A program made the position numbers and the translations under genes. This document shows positions 39,059 through 50,263 of a DNA stretch of 64,000 bases, piece after piece. Below the pieces are notes generated by a model, which saw only the letters and a program-made list of their open reading frames with translations, had not been told where the DNA came from and did no database searches. The stretch spans positions 1,056,001 to 1,120,000 of the forward strand of contig CAXXMD010000002.1 in NCBI GenBank assembly GCA_963675755.2. The letters run 5' to 3'. Each line of letters starts with the position of its first letter. The stretch's first letter is position 1. This DNA comes from a bacterium (GTDB lineage: Bacteria; Zhuqueibacterota; Zhuqueibacteria; Residuimicrobiales; Krinioviventaceae).

Positions 39059-41098
39059 TTATTTAACCCATTTGTTATGTAACGGACCCATTTTTTCTAT
39101 AGGGATGGTTTCCAAACCATAAAGTTTCATTACATCCGGACCACATAACTGCTCAACAGTTTTCCCTCCTGATGGGAAAACGTTATTATCTTTAATGACA
39201 TTTACATTATTTTTGTTTCTTAAAAACAATTCCTTACAATCTACAATCAAATTATTCTTTACAATATTTCTATCGTGGTTTGATCTTAAATCGCGCAAAA
39301 CCGGATATTTTTCCTGATACAAAGACGAACTTGTATCAACATCCTTATAGAGTTTGTTTTGCACTACATCCTTGTCCAGAAATTCAAGCCAGCGTTTTTC
39401 GCCCCAGGGTGAAAAACTGACAGCAGCGTGACATTGATAAAAAAGATTATTTTCTACAACATTCTCCTTGCCACCATGTATCTGAACAGCACCAAAAATA
39501 ACACTGCCACATCGTTCAAAAACATTACCATAAATCTGCACTCCGGAAATCATATCATCAAGACGAACACCTGCCGCGCCATTGTGGCCTGTTCTGCCTG
39601 ACATATCTGACCACTGATTATATCTGATAACAATTCCCTGATATGATGGATTGAACCACATATCCAATCCACCCTGGTCATCAGATTCAGTAACAACATG
39701 ACTGATCTGGTTATACTCTACAATATAATCATTTCCTTCAAGACGCATAGCCGATGAAGATGAATATCTAAAACGATTATGTGCAATATAGTGTCCGCAT
39801 CCCTCGGTATGAATTGCCGGCTGATAAGTACGATTGAGCAGAGAAAAATGCTCAACAACGGTTTCCGTTACAGAATGCCCGGAAGGAGTTAATGTTTTAC
39901 GATCTCCCCCTTCAAGATAGATACCCATTCCACCCAGATGATGAATATAGCACCCTGCAATTTGATGATTAAAACCATTTTCAACACGAATGGCATCTAC
40001 TCCCAAACGCTCAATTCTGCAATCTTTGATTTCACAACTTTCACCCTCTTTTATCAATATTCCACTTCCCCGGCTCTCACGAAAAGTCAATCCTTCGAGA
40101 GTAATAAATTTACAGTTGTCCATTTCAACCATATAAGGTTCATTGAATTCGGTCAATGTTACGGTAGCAGAATTGGGGTCAATCTCTTTTTGTGGATACC
40201 AAAATAGCAATCCGCTGTCTTTATCCAAATACCATTCTGTTACAGAGTCAATTTCGCACAGCATGTTGTATCCATAGTAACGTAAACTGTCACGATATCC
40301 ATAATGATGATAGGGTTGTGATAAAGTAAAAATATTGTCTGCTATATTAATATTTTCAACCTTTTGATGTTCGTCTTTCCAGTCCCAATACCAGTAACCA
40401 TGCAGCCATGCGTTTTTTTCATTTATCCACCGGTCCTGATACTCGTCCAGATATTCAAAGACACCTTGCTCTGTACCATGCTTTTTGGTATATCTGGGTG
40501 GTATTTCCGTTTCACCCAAGGTCAAACCAGCATGTACAAATCCGGAATTGGGCCAACGGGCAAGTGTTTGCAATTGACCATTACAAATCAAAGAAGGACG
40601 ATTATTAGGATTGGTTAAATCGCCATAATCCTGAATTCCATTAGCTTTTAAATCTGCCACATAAACAAGAGGTCTGACAAATGCGGGTAATCTGTGTGTT
40701 AATGCATTATCATCCACCTTTTTCCAGTTTTTGATTTCCTTACTTCCTGTAAAAATGGGAACCGCGTCTTGAAATGCTTTGTAAATTACCGGTGCGGATT
40801 GGGTTCCTGAATCTTTATTAGAAAAAAGTATGGGGGAATTTAAATAATAGGTACCATGCTTGATATATACGGTTACAGTCCCATCAGAATCAGCAATGGA
40901 TTGTCTTGCAACTTTTTGAGCATGTTCAATTGACGCAAACGGATGTTCAAAAGAACCATCATCATTATCATTACCATAGGTTGAAACATAAAACGAGTTA
41001 TCAGCATACAACATCACTACGGGAAACAATACTACAAAAAAATACAACACTATCCTTGAAAGCTGACGGCATTCTAACAGTAGTTTCATCTTTAGCAC
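39059..41098 (-). CDS. Secreted right-handed beta-helix protein (GH141-like/pectin lyase fold)
   Basis: FYVSTYGNDNDDGS..HPFASI, LARWPN, EWYLD, DQGG, LDD. Start may be the ATG at 41089. Confidence 0.7.
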   Translation of the reverse strand: MLKMKLLLECRQLSRIVLYFFVVLFPVVMLYADNSFYVSTYGNDNDDGSFEHPFASIEHAQKVARQSIADSDGTVTVYIKHGTYYLNSPILFSNKDSGTQSAPVIYKAFQDAVPIFTGSKEIKNWKKVDDNALTHRLPAFVRPLVYVADLKANGIQDYGDLTNPNNRPSLICNGQLQTLARWPNSGFVHAGLTLGETEIPPRYTKKHGTEQGVFEYLDEYQDRWINEKNAWLHGYWYWDWKDEHQKVENINIADNIFTLSQPYHHYGYRDSLRYYGYNMLCEIDSVTEWYLDKDSGLLFWYPQKEIDPNSATVTLTEFNEPYMVEMDNCKFITLEGLTFRESRGSGILIKEGESCEIKDCRIERLGVDAIRVENGFNHQIAGCYIHHLGGMGIYLEGGDRKTLTPSGHSVTETVVEHFSLLNRTYQPAIHTEGCGHYIAHNRFRYSSSSAMRLEGNDYIVEYNQISHVVTESDDQGGLDMWFNPSYQGIVIRYNQWSDMSGRTGHNGAAGVRLDDMISGVQIYGNVFERCGSVIFGAVQIHGGKENVVENNLFYQCHAAVSFSPWGEKRWLEFLDKDVVQNKLYKDVDTSSSLYQEKYPVLRDLRSNHDRNIVKNNLIVDCKELFLRNKNNVNVIKDNNVFPSGGKTVEQLCGPDVMKLYGLETIPIEKMGPLHNKWVK

Positions 41099-41224
41099 CT
41101 GGAAAAAATTAATATTATTTTTTTAGAATTAAACTTAATAAATAGAAGGGGAACACGCAACCAGAAAATTGAAAGGAAAATAAAACAGCCCAATAAAGAC
41201 TTTAAACAGAAAAGAATTTAAAAT

Positions 41225-41259
41225 ATAAATGCTCCCACCCACCCGATGGGAGCATTTAT
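41225..41259 (-). terminator. Hairpin/terminator after the TPR gene
   Basis: ATAAATGCTCCCA-N9-TGGGAGCATTTAT. Confidence 0.65.
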
Positions 41260-41268
41260 GTAAACTAT

Positions 41269-42714
41269 TTAGAGTGTAGCTAAAGCAGTAAGTTGATTTT
41301 TAGCTGCTTTTTTATAAAGAACAGAGTAAAAATTTGATGATTTTTGATCGAGAATCTGCTGATAACATTTTTGAGCATGAGTAAAATTGTTCATTTTTTC
41401 TACAACTCTTGCTTTCCACATTACAATTTCACAGCTCTGTTCCGCTTGTTCAAAAAGTTCAAGAGCTTTTGAATATTCATGGTTGTGAAAAGCCAGCATC
41501 CCTCTTAACAGCTCACATGCAGAAAACAAATTTGAATTTTTAGCTTGTAATTCGTTGTAATCTTTTAACAGGGATTCAACTTTGGTATCATCATCCTGTA
41601 ACACAGCAATCTGAATTAAATTACAATAGTAATTTGCATACTGTCTGGTTTTAAATTGTTGATTCAAATCAGAATTGTTAATAAATGCCATCCAATCATT
41701 ATATCCCTGAGCTGCCTTTTCATAATCCTGATGCAGAAAATAAAAATCTGCAATTTTGTTATAAACCGTAGCAGTCATTACCTGATTATCACGATGTTTG
41801 CATTTATCAAGAAAAGAATTTAAAACCAGTGAAGCATTTTCTTTATCACCCATCAATGTATAGCATGTAGCAATATTCCAATAACATTTCCATCCCAGAG
41901 TTTCTTTATCAAGGGATTTCATGATAAATTTAAAATGGTCAATTGCTTTTTCAGGTTGATCATTAAATAAATGATTTTTCCCATAACAGCAATGGAAATT
42001 TAAATTTTCGGGCTGTTCTTTTAACAATTTCTCATATATCTCTACAGACGCGGCATATTGACCCGTGTTGAGATATGCTTGACCTAACATATGATCAAGT
42101 GCTACATTATCAGATGATTGACTTGCAAACTTTTGGGCATAATCAATTACATGCTTATAATCACCTGTAGAATAATAACTTGATACTAACCAGTACTTGT
42201 ACTCGAAACAATTATTCTTGTCTGCATAAGGTAAAAGCAAATCAATGGCTTGAGCATATTGGTGTTTTGCATATTTATTGAGTGCATTAACAAGAACAAT
42301 TTCATTGCCATCAGTTAATTGTTTTTTTAAATCATTATACAACTTGATTTGTACTGGTAAATCGTTATTCCAAACCGATTGAACAAATTTAACATAATTT
42401 GATTCAAGTGTTCCATCAGTTGATGCATTAACAGCTTTTTCAATCGAATTATCACGTAATTGATCACGACCATTATATAAATGCAAAACAGCCATGTGAT
42501 AATTTGCAAAAACATCAAGGGGATAATTTGCAAGTATTCGTTTGGTCACTTTTTCAGCGGTAACAATGTCACCTTTTTGTAACGACTCTAAAACCATGTT
42601 TTTATCAGCATAAGAAGTTGTGGATTGCCAAAGAGAAGATGCGCTAGAGAAAATCGGAGTCACAAACACGGAAAAGAGGACGAGTACGAAAATCGTTTTT
42701 AGAAGAGTTTTCAT
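41269..42714 (-). CDS. Exported tetratricopeptide-repeat protein
   Basis: ATG 42714 after AGGT; signal peptide; LGQAY...GQYAAS..YEKLL...P and similar helical repeats. Confidence 0.75.
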   Translation of the reverse strand: MKTLLKTIFVLVLFSVFVTPIFSSASSLWQSTTSYADKNMVLESLQKGDIVTAEKVTKRILANYPLDVFANYHMAVLHLYNGRDQLRDNSIEKAVNASTDGTLESNYVKFVQSVWNNDLPVQIKLYNDLKKQLTDGNEIVLVNALNKYAKHQYAQAIDLLLPYADKNNCFEYKYWLVSSYYSTGDYKHVIDYAQKFASQSSDNVALDHMLGQAYLNTGQYAASVEIYEKLLKEQPENLNFHCCYGKNHLFNDQPEKAIDHFKFIMKSLDKETLGWKCYWNIATCYTLMGDKENASLVLNSFLDKCKHRDNQVMTATVYNKIADFYFLHQDYEKAAQGYNDWMAFINNSDLNQQFKTRQYANYYCNLIQIAVLQDDDTKVESLLKDYNELQAKNSNLFSACELLRGMLAFHNHEYSKALELFEQAEQSCEIVMWKARVVEKMNNFTHAQKCYQQILDQKSSNFYSVLYKKAAKNQLTALATL

Positions 42715-42975
42715 ATTCCAACCTACCTTTACTACAAGTCTTGACAATTTGTCAAGTAAAAAATGAATTTATTAGCAAAAAAATTGTATTTTGCTACACA
42801 ATATTACGAAATTTAAACGTTCAAGTCAATAAAAAAATTGAACAATCGTTCATATTCTAAACTCATTCCGGGATGGAATTTACATTAAAAAATTTGGGTT
42901 AATAAAAAATATCAATTGAGCCGCAATAAACAATTCCCTATATTTATAAAGTTTAAAAAGAAAGGACCTTGACTA

Positions 42976-43521
42976 ATGTTAGTTTTTCTCGTTGCAATAC
43001 CCGTCTTGATTGCGCTCTGGGGAATTACAATTTATAACCGACTGGTTAAAAACAGAAATCTTGCTGAAGAAGGTTGGAGCGGTATAGACGTACAACTCAA
43101 AAGGCGAACTGATCTGCTCCCTAATCTTATAGAGACAGTCAAAGGTTATATGACCCATGAAAAAGAACTGCTCAGCAAAGTTACTGAACTGCGAAGCCAA
43201 AGCATGAAAGAAGTAAATCCGGCTGAAAAAGGAAAACTTGAAAATGCACTTTCAAAATCTTTGGTTAATTTATTCGCTGTTGCAGAAAACTATCCGGATT
43301 TAAAAGCCAATCAGAATTTTCTGGACTTGCAAAACCAGTTATCTGAAATCGAAGATCAAATCCAGTTGGCCCGCCGATATTACAATGGTACCGTTCGGAA
43401 TTTAAACATTATGATAGAATCATTTCCCAACAATATCATTGCCGGATATTTTAAATTTGAGAAAAAAGAATATTTTGAAATGGAAGAATCTGAAGGCGCT
43501 GTACCCAATGTATCCTTTTAA
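42976..43521 (+). CDS. lemA: LemA family protein
   Basis: YNRLV...WSGIDVQLKRR.DL.PNL...ENYPDLKA..F..LQ...ARRYYN...FP. Confidence 0.95.
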   Translation: MLVFLVAIPVLIALWGITIYNRLVKNRNLAEEGWSGIDVQLKRRTDLLPNLIETVKGYMTHEKELLSKVTELRSQSMKEVNPAEKGKLENALSKSLVNLFAVAENYPDLKANQNFLDLQNQLSEIEDQIQLARRYYNGTVRNLNIMIESFPNNIIAGYFKFEKKEYFEMEESEGAVPNVSF

Positions 43522-43535
43522 ACAAGAGTCGTATT

Positions 43536-45443
43536 ATGAAAAAAATCTCACATATCATTTTATGGATACTGTGCATCCTCTCTCCTCTTTTTGCCAGGTC
43601 TGAACTGGAAAGAATCATCAGCTTTGACAGCGATATCCAAATTCAGTCTGATGGTTCCATGACCGTTACGGAAACGATCAAGGTTTACAGCAATGGTAAC
43701 CAGATTAAACGCGGCATTTACCGAACATTTTTAACAAAATATAAAGATCGAATAGGCAACACGGTTCGTATTACTTTTGACATACTTGATGTTATGAAGG
43801 ATGGTCAAACAGAACCCTATCATACCGAAACAATGTCAGACGGAATCAAGATCTATTTTGGCAGCAGCGATGTCTTTCTTGAACCGGGTGAATACACCTA
43901 TACTCTTGTATATAATACCCAAAATCAACTTGGGTTTTTCAAAGACTATGATGAACTCTATTGGAACGTTACCGGAAATGATTGGGGTTTCATGATAGAA
44001 AACGCAAGTGCCACCATTCAGCTTCCCCCGGGAGCAGATATAATACAAAGTGCTGCATATACTGGCGCATATGGATCTAATGAACAAAGTTTTAAAAGTA
44101 AAATCAATGCGGATGGCAGCATTTATTTCACAACCACTCGATACCTGAGTCCATGGGAAGGCCTTACCGTTGCTGCGGGCTTTACAAAAGGTATCATTCC
44201 CGAGCCAACAATGATGGACAAGGGCCGCTTAATCATTCAACAAAACCCAACAACCCTGGTTGCCTTTGCAGGATTCATTTTGCTTTTATTCTATTACTCA
44301 CTAGCCTGGACGATGGTAGGCAAAGATCCTGAGAAAGAGACAATTATACCACAATTTGTACCCCCGGATGGATATTCACCAGCCGCCACTCGATTTGTTT
44401 TGAAAATGGGCTATAGTGACAAGGTGTTTGCAGCCGCTATTGTCAACATGGCAGTCAAGGGCTATATCACTATCAAAGAAAGCAAGAAAAAATTTACACT
44501 TGTTAAAACAGGTACTAACGATTCCAAATTGGAAGCTGGTGAAAAACAGATTGCAAATAAATTATTTTCATCTTCCAATTCTATTGTTATCACTCAGAGC
44601 AATCATGCTCGCATTCAATCAGCTATCAAAGCACTGAAAAACAGTCTTAAACTAAATTTTGAAGCGTTGAATTTTAAAACAAACAGCAGGTTTATTACTC
44701 CCGGTATCATCATAACAATCATTACCTTTGCTTTAATTATTCTAACGGCACCGGATAAAGCTGTAGCTGCATTTATGGCATTGTGGTTGTCGGGTTGGAC
44801 GGCAGGCACATTTTTTCTCATGTCCGGAGTTGTAAAAAGCTGGTATGCCTTACTTACCGGGAAAGCCAGGGGCGTGATAGAAAAAGCAGGTATTTTTGGA
44901 ATCACCTTGTTTGCCTTGCCGTTTTTTATTGGTGAACTGGTTGGGCTGGGTGTTTTCGCGTATGCAACTTCACCCGGTGCAGCACTATTTCTACTATTGA
45001 TCGTAATTGCTCATGTCGTATTTAAAGATCTTTTAAAAGCGCCAACTATTTTGGGTAGACGAGTTATGGATCATATTGAAGGCTTGAAAATGTATTTAAA
45101 AATAGCCGAAGAAGAACGTTTACAGTTCATGTCCCCTCCCCAAACTCCTGAGCAATTTGAGAGATATTTGCCCTATGCCATAGCGCTGGATGTTGAAACC
45201 GAATGGAGTAAAAAATTTGAAACAAGTCTTTCTCAATCCAGCCAATACAAGGATTATACTCCAACCTGGTATTCAGGATATCATTTCAGCACTTCAAATA
45301 TAACAACACTTACGTCAACGCTGGGCTCTTCATTTTCATCTGCAATCACTTCATCATCAAGAGCGCCCAGTTCCAGCTCGGGAAGCAGCGGTGGCGGTTT
45401 CTCCGGTGGTGGCGGAGGAGGAGGCGGTGGCGGCGGCTGGTAA
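43536..45443 (+). CDS. DUF2207 membrane protein
   Basis: ERIISF..I....DGS..VTE, GIYR, ELYWNVTGNDW, LPYAIAL, C-terminal SGGGGGGGGGGGW; follows lemA. Confidence 0.9.
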   Translation: MKKISHIILWILCILSPLFARSELERIISFDSDIQIQSDGSMTVTETIKVYSNGNQIKRGIYRTFLTKYKDRIGNTVRITFDILDVMKDGQTEPYHTETMSDGIKIYFGSSDVFLEPGEYTYTLVYNTQNQLGFFKDYDELYWNVTGNDWGFMIENASATIQLPPGADIIQSAAYTGAYGSNEQSFKSKINADGSIYFTTTRYLSPWEGLTVAAGFTKGIIPEPTMMDKGRLIIQQNPTTLVAFAGFILLLFYYSLAWTMVGKDPEKETIIPQFVPPDGYSPAATRFVLKMGYSDKVFAAAIVNMAVKGYITIKESKKKFTLVKTGTNDSKLEAGEKQIANKLFSSSNSIVITQSNHARIQSAIKALKNSLKLNFEALNFKTNSRFITPGIIITIITFALIILTAPDKAVAAFMALWLSGWTAGTFFLMSGVVKSWYALLTGKARGVIEKAGIFGITLFALPFFIGELVGLGVFAYATSPGAALFLLLIVIAHVVFKDLLKAPTILGRRVMDHIEGLKMYLKIAEEERLQFMSPPQTPEQFERYLPYAIALDVETEWSKKFETSLSQSSQYKDYTPTWYSGYHFSTSNITTLTSTLGSSFSSAITSSSRAPSSSSGSSGGGFSGGGGGGGGGGGW

Positions 45444-45451
45444 TGCCACAC

Positions 45452-48400
45452 TTACTTGATCAATAAACATTTTCGGGTTTGGGTAAACGTACCGGCATTC
45501 AAACGTATCCAATACAATCCGGATGAAATTGAATGTGCATCCCATGTCAATGTATGGTAGCCGGCCTGCATTTTGCCCATCTCATAATGCATGACCCTAA
45601 CGCCCTGTATGTTATAAATGGATATGGTAACATCTGAGGATTTTGGCAGTGCATAACGAATGGTAGTAACGGGATTAAAAGGATTGGGATAATTCTGGTA
45701 TAGTTGAAAATCGTCAGGTATTGGATTTTCTTCACCATCAACGATTGATGTTGGAAAATTTGTTTTTATATAATAGGGGTAGGTGATGGAATCTTCTCCC
45801 CCCGGTCCCTTAACTGTCAAACTGACATCAAAAGAATCAACACGATCGTAAACATGTACAGGATGCTGCTGCTCACTAAAAGTACCGTCTCCAAAATTCC
45901 AAAGCCAATGTTCAATAATACCTTTAGAACTGTCAGTAAACGTAACCATCAAAGGCACCAAACCACTGGTTACATTGCTGCCAAAGTTTGCAACCGGGGG
46001 TGTATCCTGAACATGAATAACCTGCTCCTGCGTCAATGTATCCACACCACCGGGACCTGTAACAATCAGCGTTACATCATAATCTCCTGATAATTCATAA
46101 ACATACTCCGGATTTTGAACATTGCTCGAATCTCCATCCCCAAACAGCCATTTCCAGTTATCAATCTCACCTGTTGAACTGTCAGAAAATTGAACTGTGA
46201 GAGGCACAAAACCATTGGCAGGAGTGAACCCAAAATTGGCTGCAGGTGGTGCAGCTTGGACGGTTATCAGGTTCGTCATTAATAAAGAGTCAGCACCAGA
46301 TGGTCCCGACACCTTTAATGAAACATCATATTGACCCGCCTGATTATAAACATGAATGGGATTATTTTCATTGGATAAACTTGCATCACCAAAGTCCCAG
46401 GTTACAGAATCAAACTCGCCAGTGGACTGGTTCGTAAACTGAACCGACAATGGCGCGATCCCCTGCCTGGGATCAGCATTCAAGGCCGCAACCGGCTTAT
46501 TGTCTCCCACTTTGATATAATCCGACTTGAAAATCTCATCAGCAGCAATTTTATTTTCAACACGCAAAGAGACTGTATAAACACCTGTCTGTTCATAGGT
46601 ATGCTCTGGATTATAATCGTTGCTGGTGACTCCATCACCAAAATCCCAGACAGAGGTATTAACAGTTCCTATTGACTGGTTGGTAAATCGTACTTTTAGT
46701 GGAGTATTGCCATTTTGTTTATCACTCGTAAATGATGCTGATATTTGTTTAATTCTCAAATCACAAGGCTGCCCCTCCTGGCTGAATTTAATCCAAAGAT
46801 AATCATTAGATGTCTGATAAAACCAACCGGATGTTGCGTTTTGAAAATCATCATAGTCAGAAATTTGAGACAATTCCGCACCATTTAACGTTATGATATT
46901 TACATCATCTTTGTATTTAATTCTAAAGAGCAAGTTTTCATTTCCTGCACCTGTTTTTATCTGTTGCCCAAAATCTTTTTGGGCAGAGGTGATTGTAAAC
47001 GCTTCGTCTTCATCGTAATAGTTGAAAAAAGAAGAATCAGAAGGATAATGAATCAAGGTCAGGTATCCGGAGGAATATTCGCTGCCATGGCCTGTAACAC
47101 CATCTACAACATTCATGGGAATGATTGCACCTTCTCTTATATACACCGGGTATTGCTCATAAGAAAATTCTTTATCATTCAGGACTTTCCCACCCTCATA
47201 GATTATATCATCATCCCAAAAGTCTATCCAGTTTGATTCTATTGGAAATTCAACAGTTCTTCTTTTAGAAGAAAACAATCCATAAATAATAGATACAAAC
47301 AATTCATTTCCCAGAGTATATTGTCTGTCACCAATTGATGGCCGTACGATACTGTTACCCGTAATGACTCCATCAACTGTACAAGAGTATATATACGGAA
47401 CCAGTTCACTGTGCAGTTTTGCAAAGTATCTATATATGTCCAAAGTTGTATCATCAAACATCCATGGACGGTGTTCATCCTGACCGCCATTGATCATTAA
47501 TGGGCAGAGAGCGCCGAATTGCGCCCAACGAATAAACAATTTATTGTTTACCTCCATATCCCCCATATAACCGCCAATATCAGAACCAACGACATGGTAT
47601 CCACTATCAGAAGACATGAATATATTATCAACAGCATTGGGTAAACCCATATCGCTCCAGTCATGTAATTGATCACCAACAAAAAAAGTATGGGCGTAAT
47701 TGTGAGGGACAAATATAGAATCGCTTTGCTGCTCATCCATAGATTTAGCATAAATCACAAAATCATTCTCTGTTTTTTCGCGGGTATATTCATAAAAATC
47801 CATGTAATACAGTTGACTGTATTCTTTGTAGGTTATGGTATCATTAAAACAGGATGCGCCATGAGGAAAAACACGATTTCCTGAATCCGTTTTCCAACCA
47901 TCAATGCCCATGTCCATCACATTGTCCAGTTGCCCATGCCACCAATCAAGCGCATAAGGATTGGTAAAATCTATAAAGCTTCCCTTACCTTTCCACCAGG
48001 TATAGGTTTCTCCCTCTGCCGTAAAAAAGTTGTTTTCAAAAGCATAATCATAATTTGTAGATTTGCCCCAATAAGCGGCATCAACAGACTCGGTATTGAT
48101 GAGCGGAGTGATCCACATGATGACTTTGTATTGCATATTATGCAGCTCGTTGATCATTCCCAGGGGATCTTCATATCGGGTACTGTCAAAGATCAATGTA
48201 TTATATGATGTTTCCCAGGGACTGTCAATTATGACTACACTCGCAGGGATATCCAATGCCCGATATTGATTTGCAATCCCAAGTGTACGCAGTTGCGTAT
48301 TATCATTATCCTCCCACACCCACGGTTCAAATGCCCACTTGGGCGGTATAGGCAGGGTTTCACGCTCACGAGTCTCTATAAATGCATTGCGGGTGATTAC

Positions 48401-48655
48401 AACCGTATCAGCCCCCATTACCGTCAAGGTAACTGTATAGTATCCGGATTTGGTATAAACATGCTTGGGATTTTTCAAACTGGACGTTACAGTATTGTCA
48501 CCAAAATCCCACATATATTGCAAACTGTCATCAGCTTGAACAGTAAATTGTACATTCAAAGGGATAAATCCACTATATGGATACGCTGTAAAATCCACTT
48601 GAGAATAAAGAAGATTGAATCCCATCAAGAGTAATATAAATATTCTAGTTTTCAT
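45452..48655 (-). CDS. Secreted GH31 glycosidase with five PKD domains and CTD
   Basis: IDSPW, IDFTNP.A..WW, GIDGWKTD, FVGD, GSDIGGY, RWAQFG; five W(D/L/N)FGD PKD units; NYPNPFNP. Start set at ATG 48655. Confidence 0.88.
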   Translation of the reverse strand: MKTRIFILLLMGFNLLYSQVDFTAYPYSGFIPLNVQFTVQADDSLQYMWDFGDNTVTSSLKNPKHVYTKSGYYTVTLTVMGADTVVITRNAFIETRERETLPIPPKWAFEPWVWEDNDNTQLRTLGIANQYRALDIPASVVIIDSPWETSYNTLIFDSTRYEDPLGMINELHNMQYKVIMWITPLINTESVDAAYWGKSTNYDYAFENNFFTAEGETYTWWKGKGSFIDFTNPYALDWWHGQLDNVMDMGIDGWKTDSGNRVFPHGASCFNDTITYKEYSQLYYMDFYEYTREKTENDFVIYAKSMDEQQSDSIFVPHNYAHTFFVGDQLHDWSDMGLPNAVDNIFMSSDSGYHVVGSDIGGYMGDMEVNNKLFIRWAQFGALCPLMINGGQDEHRPWMFDDTTLDIYRYFAKLHSELVPYIYSCTVDGVITGNSIVRPSIGDRQYTLGNELFVSIIYGLFSSKRRTVEFPIESNWIDFWDDDIIYEGGKVLNDKEFSYEQYPVYIREGAIIPMNVVDGVTGHGSEYSSGYLTLIHYPSDSSFFNYYDEDEAFTITSAQKDFGQQIKTGAGNENLLFRIKYKDDVNIITLNGAELSQISDYDDFQNATSGWFYQTSNDYLWIKFSQEGQPCDLRIKQISASFTSDKQNGNTPLKVRFTNQSIGTVNTSVWDFGDGVTSNDYNPEHTYEQTGVYTVSLRVENKIAADEIFKSDYIKVGDNKPVAALNADPRQGIAPLSVQFTNQSTGEFDSVTWDFGDASLSNENNPIHVYNQAGQYDVSLKVSGPSGADSLLMTNLITVQAAPPAANFGFTPANGFVPLTVQFSDSSTGEIDNWKWLFGDGDSSNVQNPEYVYELSGDYDVTLIVTGPGGVDTLTQEQVIHVQDTPPVANFGSNVTSGLVPLMVTFTDSSKGIIEHWLWNFGDGTFSEQQHPVHVYDRVDSFDVSLTVKGPGGEDSITYPYYIKTNFPTSIVDGEENPIPDDFQLYQNYPNPFNPVTTIRYALPKSSDVTISIYNIQGVRVMHYEMGKMQAGYHTLTWDAHSISSGLYWIRLNAGTFTQTRKCLLIK

Positions 48656-49006
48656 CACGTATGCTGTTTTCATTATCAGTACCGGTAATTTTTCCACCCA
48701 ATTTATCAATTTTACAGCAGTATTACAAAACAATTGACAATAAATTATTATATTTAATAGGTACTTTTTTCTAATTTTGCAGAACCAATTCTAATCTTTC
48801 ATAATAAAGACCACCCGAGTTTGCTCACATGAAAGTTTCTAAAGTATACTATCTTTTAAAATCAGTCAAAAGCCAGTAAATTATCAGATTTATTAAAAGC
48901 ACTAATAACTATACAAAAAAACAATTGAATTTGAAATTACCATTATGTATTGTATAATATCAAATATATAGGGAAAAAATGTTACAACCGAAATAAGAGG
49001 TGTAAT

Positions 49007-50263
49007 ATGAAACCGTATTCACGCAGAGATTTTCAAAAAAAAGCAATTCTGTCAGCTAGCGCAGCGTTTTTTATGAATTCATTCAGAGGATTTGCAGCCG
49101 ATACCAATAAAATTGTGGATATGCGTTCCTTTCTGGAATCTATTCTGTATACCCGGGATGAAGTAAAACAATGGCTTGCCGGAAAAGCCTTTCCTTTTGC
49201 AAAATATCACAGTGAATTCGGATGGCTGCTGAACAATGACCGATATACGGACGGTATGAACGGGTCCGAATGCGTTTACACCTATGCGGGTACTGATGGC
49301 GAACGGATTATGATCCAATACAGGGACAAGCCCTGCCGCATAAACACCTATGGCAACAGCTTTACCCAGTGCCACCAGGTAAGCGATGGAGAAACCTGGC
49401 AGGAAGTGCTGGCCGCACACATTCAGGAGCCGGTACGGAATTTTGGTATTGGCGGATGGTCGGTTTATCAGGCTTATTTGCGCATGCTAAAGGAAGAAAA
49501 ACGCACACCTTCAGAATATATCATATTCAACATATACGACGATGACCACCGCCGCAATCTCGACTCCTGGCGCAACATCAGACGACGGAAACATCCCCGG
49601 TTTATCGAGCCTACACTGCCCTTTGTTACCGTAGACCTGAAATCCGGACAGATCACCGAGCACGCCAACCCCTGTCCTACTCCTGAATCGGTTTATGATC
49701 TGTGCGATTTGGATAAAACCTATGCAATATTCAAAGATGATTTTGTAGCCAAAATCATGATAGCGCACCTCAATTCAAAACAGGAAAATCCCAACAAGAC
49801 CTATAAAGAAATAACCGATCTGGCAACCACGCATGGTATCAATACCTCGATTGAGGACAATGGCACCCTGGCGACAGTTGCGGAAGAGCTGCACCAGAAA
49901 GCGGCACTGACTGCGTCCATGCGGATTGTGGAAAAGGCCGAAGCGTTTGCCAGACAGAACAATAAAAAGATCCTTTGGGTGCTGTCGTTTCCTCCGGGAT
50001 CAGTGGCAAAATACCTGACCGAGGGCAAGCGCTGGGACCAGCCTTTTGTGGATTACATGAAATCGAAAAATCTGCCCATGATCGACCTGATGGACGCGCA
50101 TGAACAGGATTATAAACAGTTCAACATCAGCGTAAAGGACTATCTTGCCCGCTATTACATCGGCCATTACAATCCTACCGGCAACATGTTTTGCGCGTTC
50201 TCGCTCAAAGACAAACTTGTGAATATGCTTGAGCCCAAACCGCTGCCGTATAAGATGAAATAG
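49007..50263 (+). CDS. Tat-exported SGNH/GDSL-like hydrolase
   Basis: GAGG RBS; SRRDF signal; YGNSFT, NFGIGGWS, GHYN blocks. Confidence 0.65.
   Translation: MKPYSRRDFQKKAILSASAAFFMNSFRGFAADTNKIVDMRSFLESILYTRDEVKQWLAGKAFPFAKYHSEFGWLLNNDRYTDGMNGSECVYTYAGTDGERIMIQYRDKPCRINTYGNSFTQCHQVSDGETWQEVLAAHIQEPVRNFGIGGWSVYQAYLRMLKEEKRTPSEYIIFNIYDDDHRRNLDSWRNIRRRKHPRFIEPTLPFVTVDLKSGQITEHANPCPTPESVYDLCDLDKTYAIFKDDFVAKIMIAHLNSKQENPNKTYKEITDLATTHGINTSIEDNGTLATVAEELHQKAALTASMRIVEKAEAFARQNNKKILWVLSFPPGSVAKYLTEGKRWDQPFVDYMKSKNLPMIDLMDAHEQDYKQFNISVKDYLARYYIGHYNPTGNMFCAFSLKDKLVNMLEPKPLPYKMK

Noticed and set aside
45385-45440. GGC/GGT/GGA-rich tract as a possible contingency repeat
   Set aside because: Encodes the normal poly-Gly tail of DUF2207 proteins using mixed codons.
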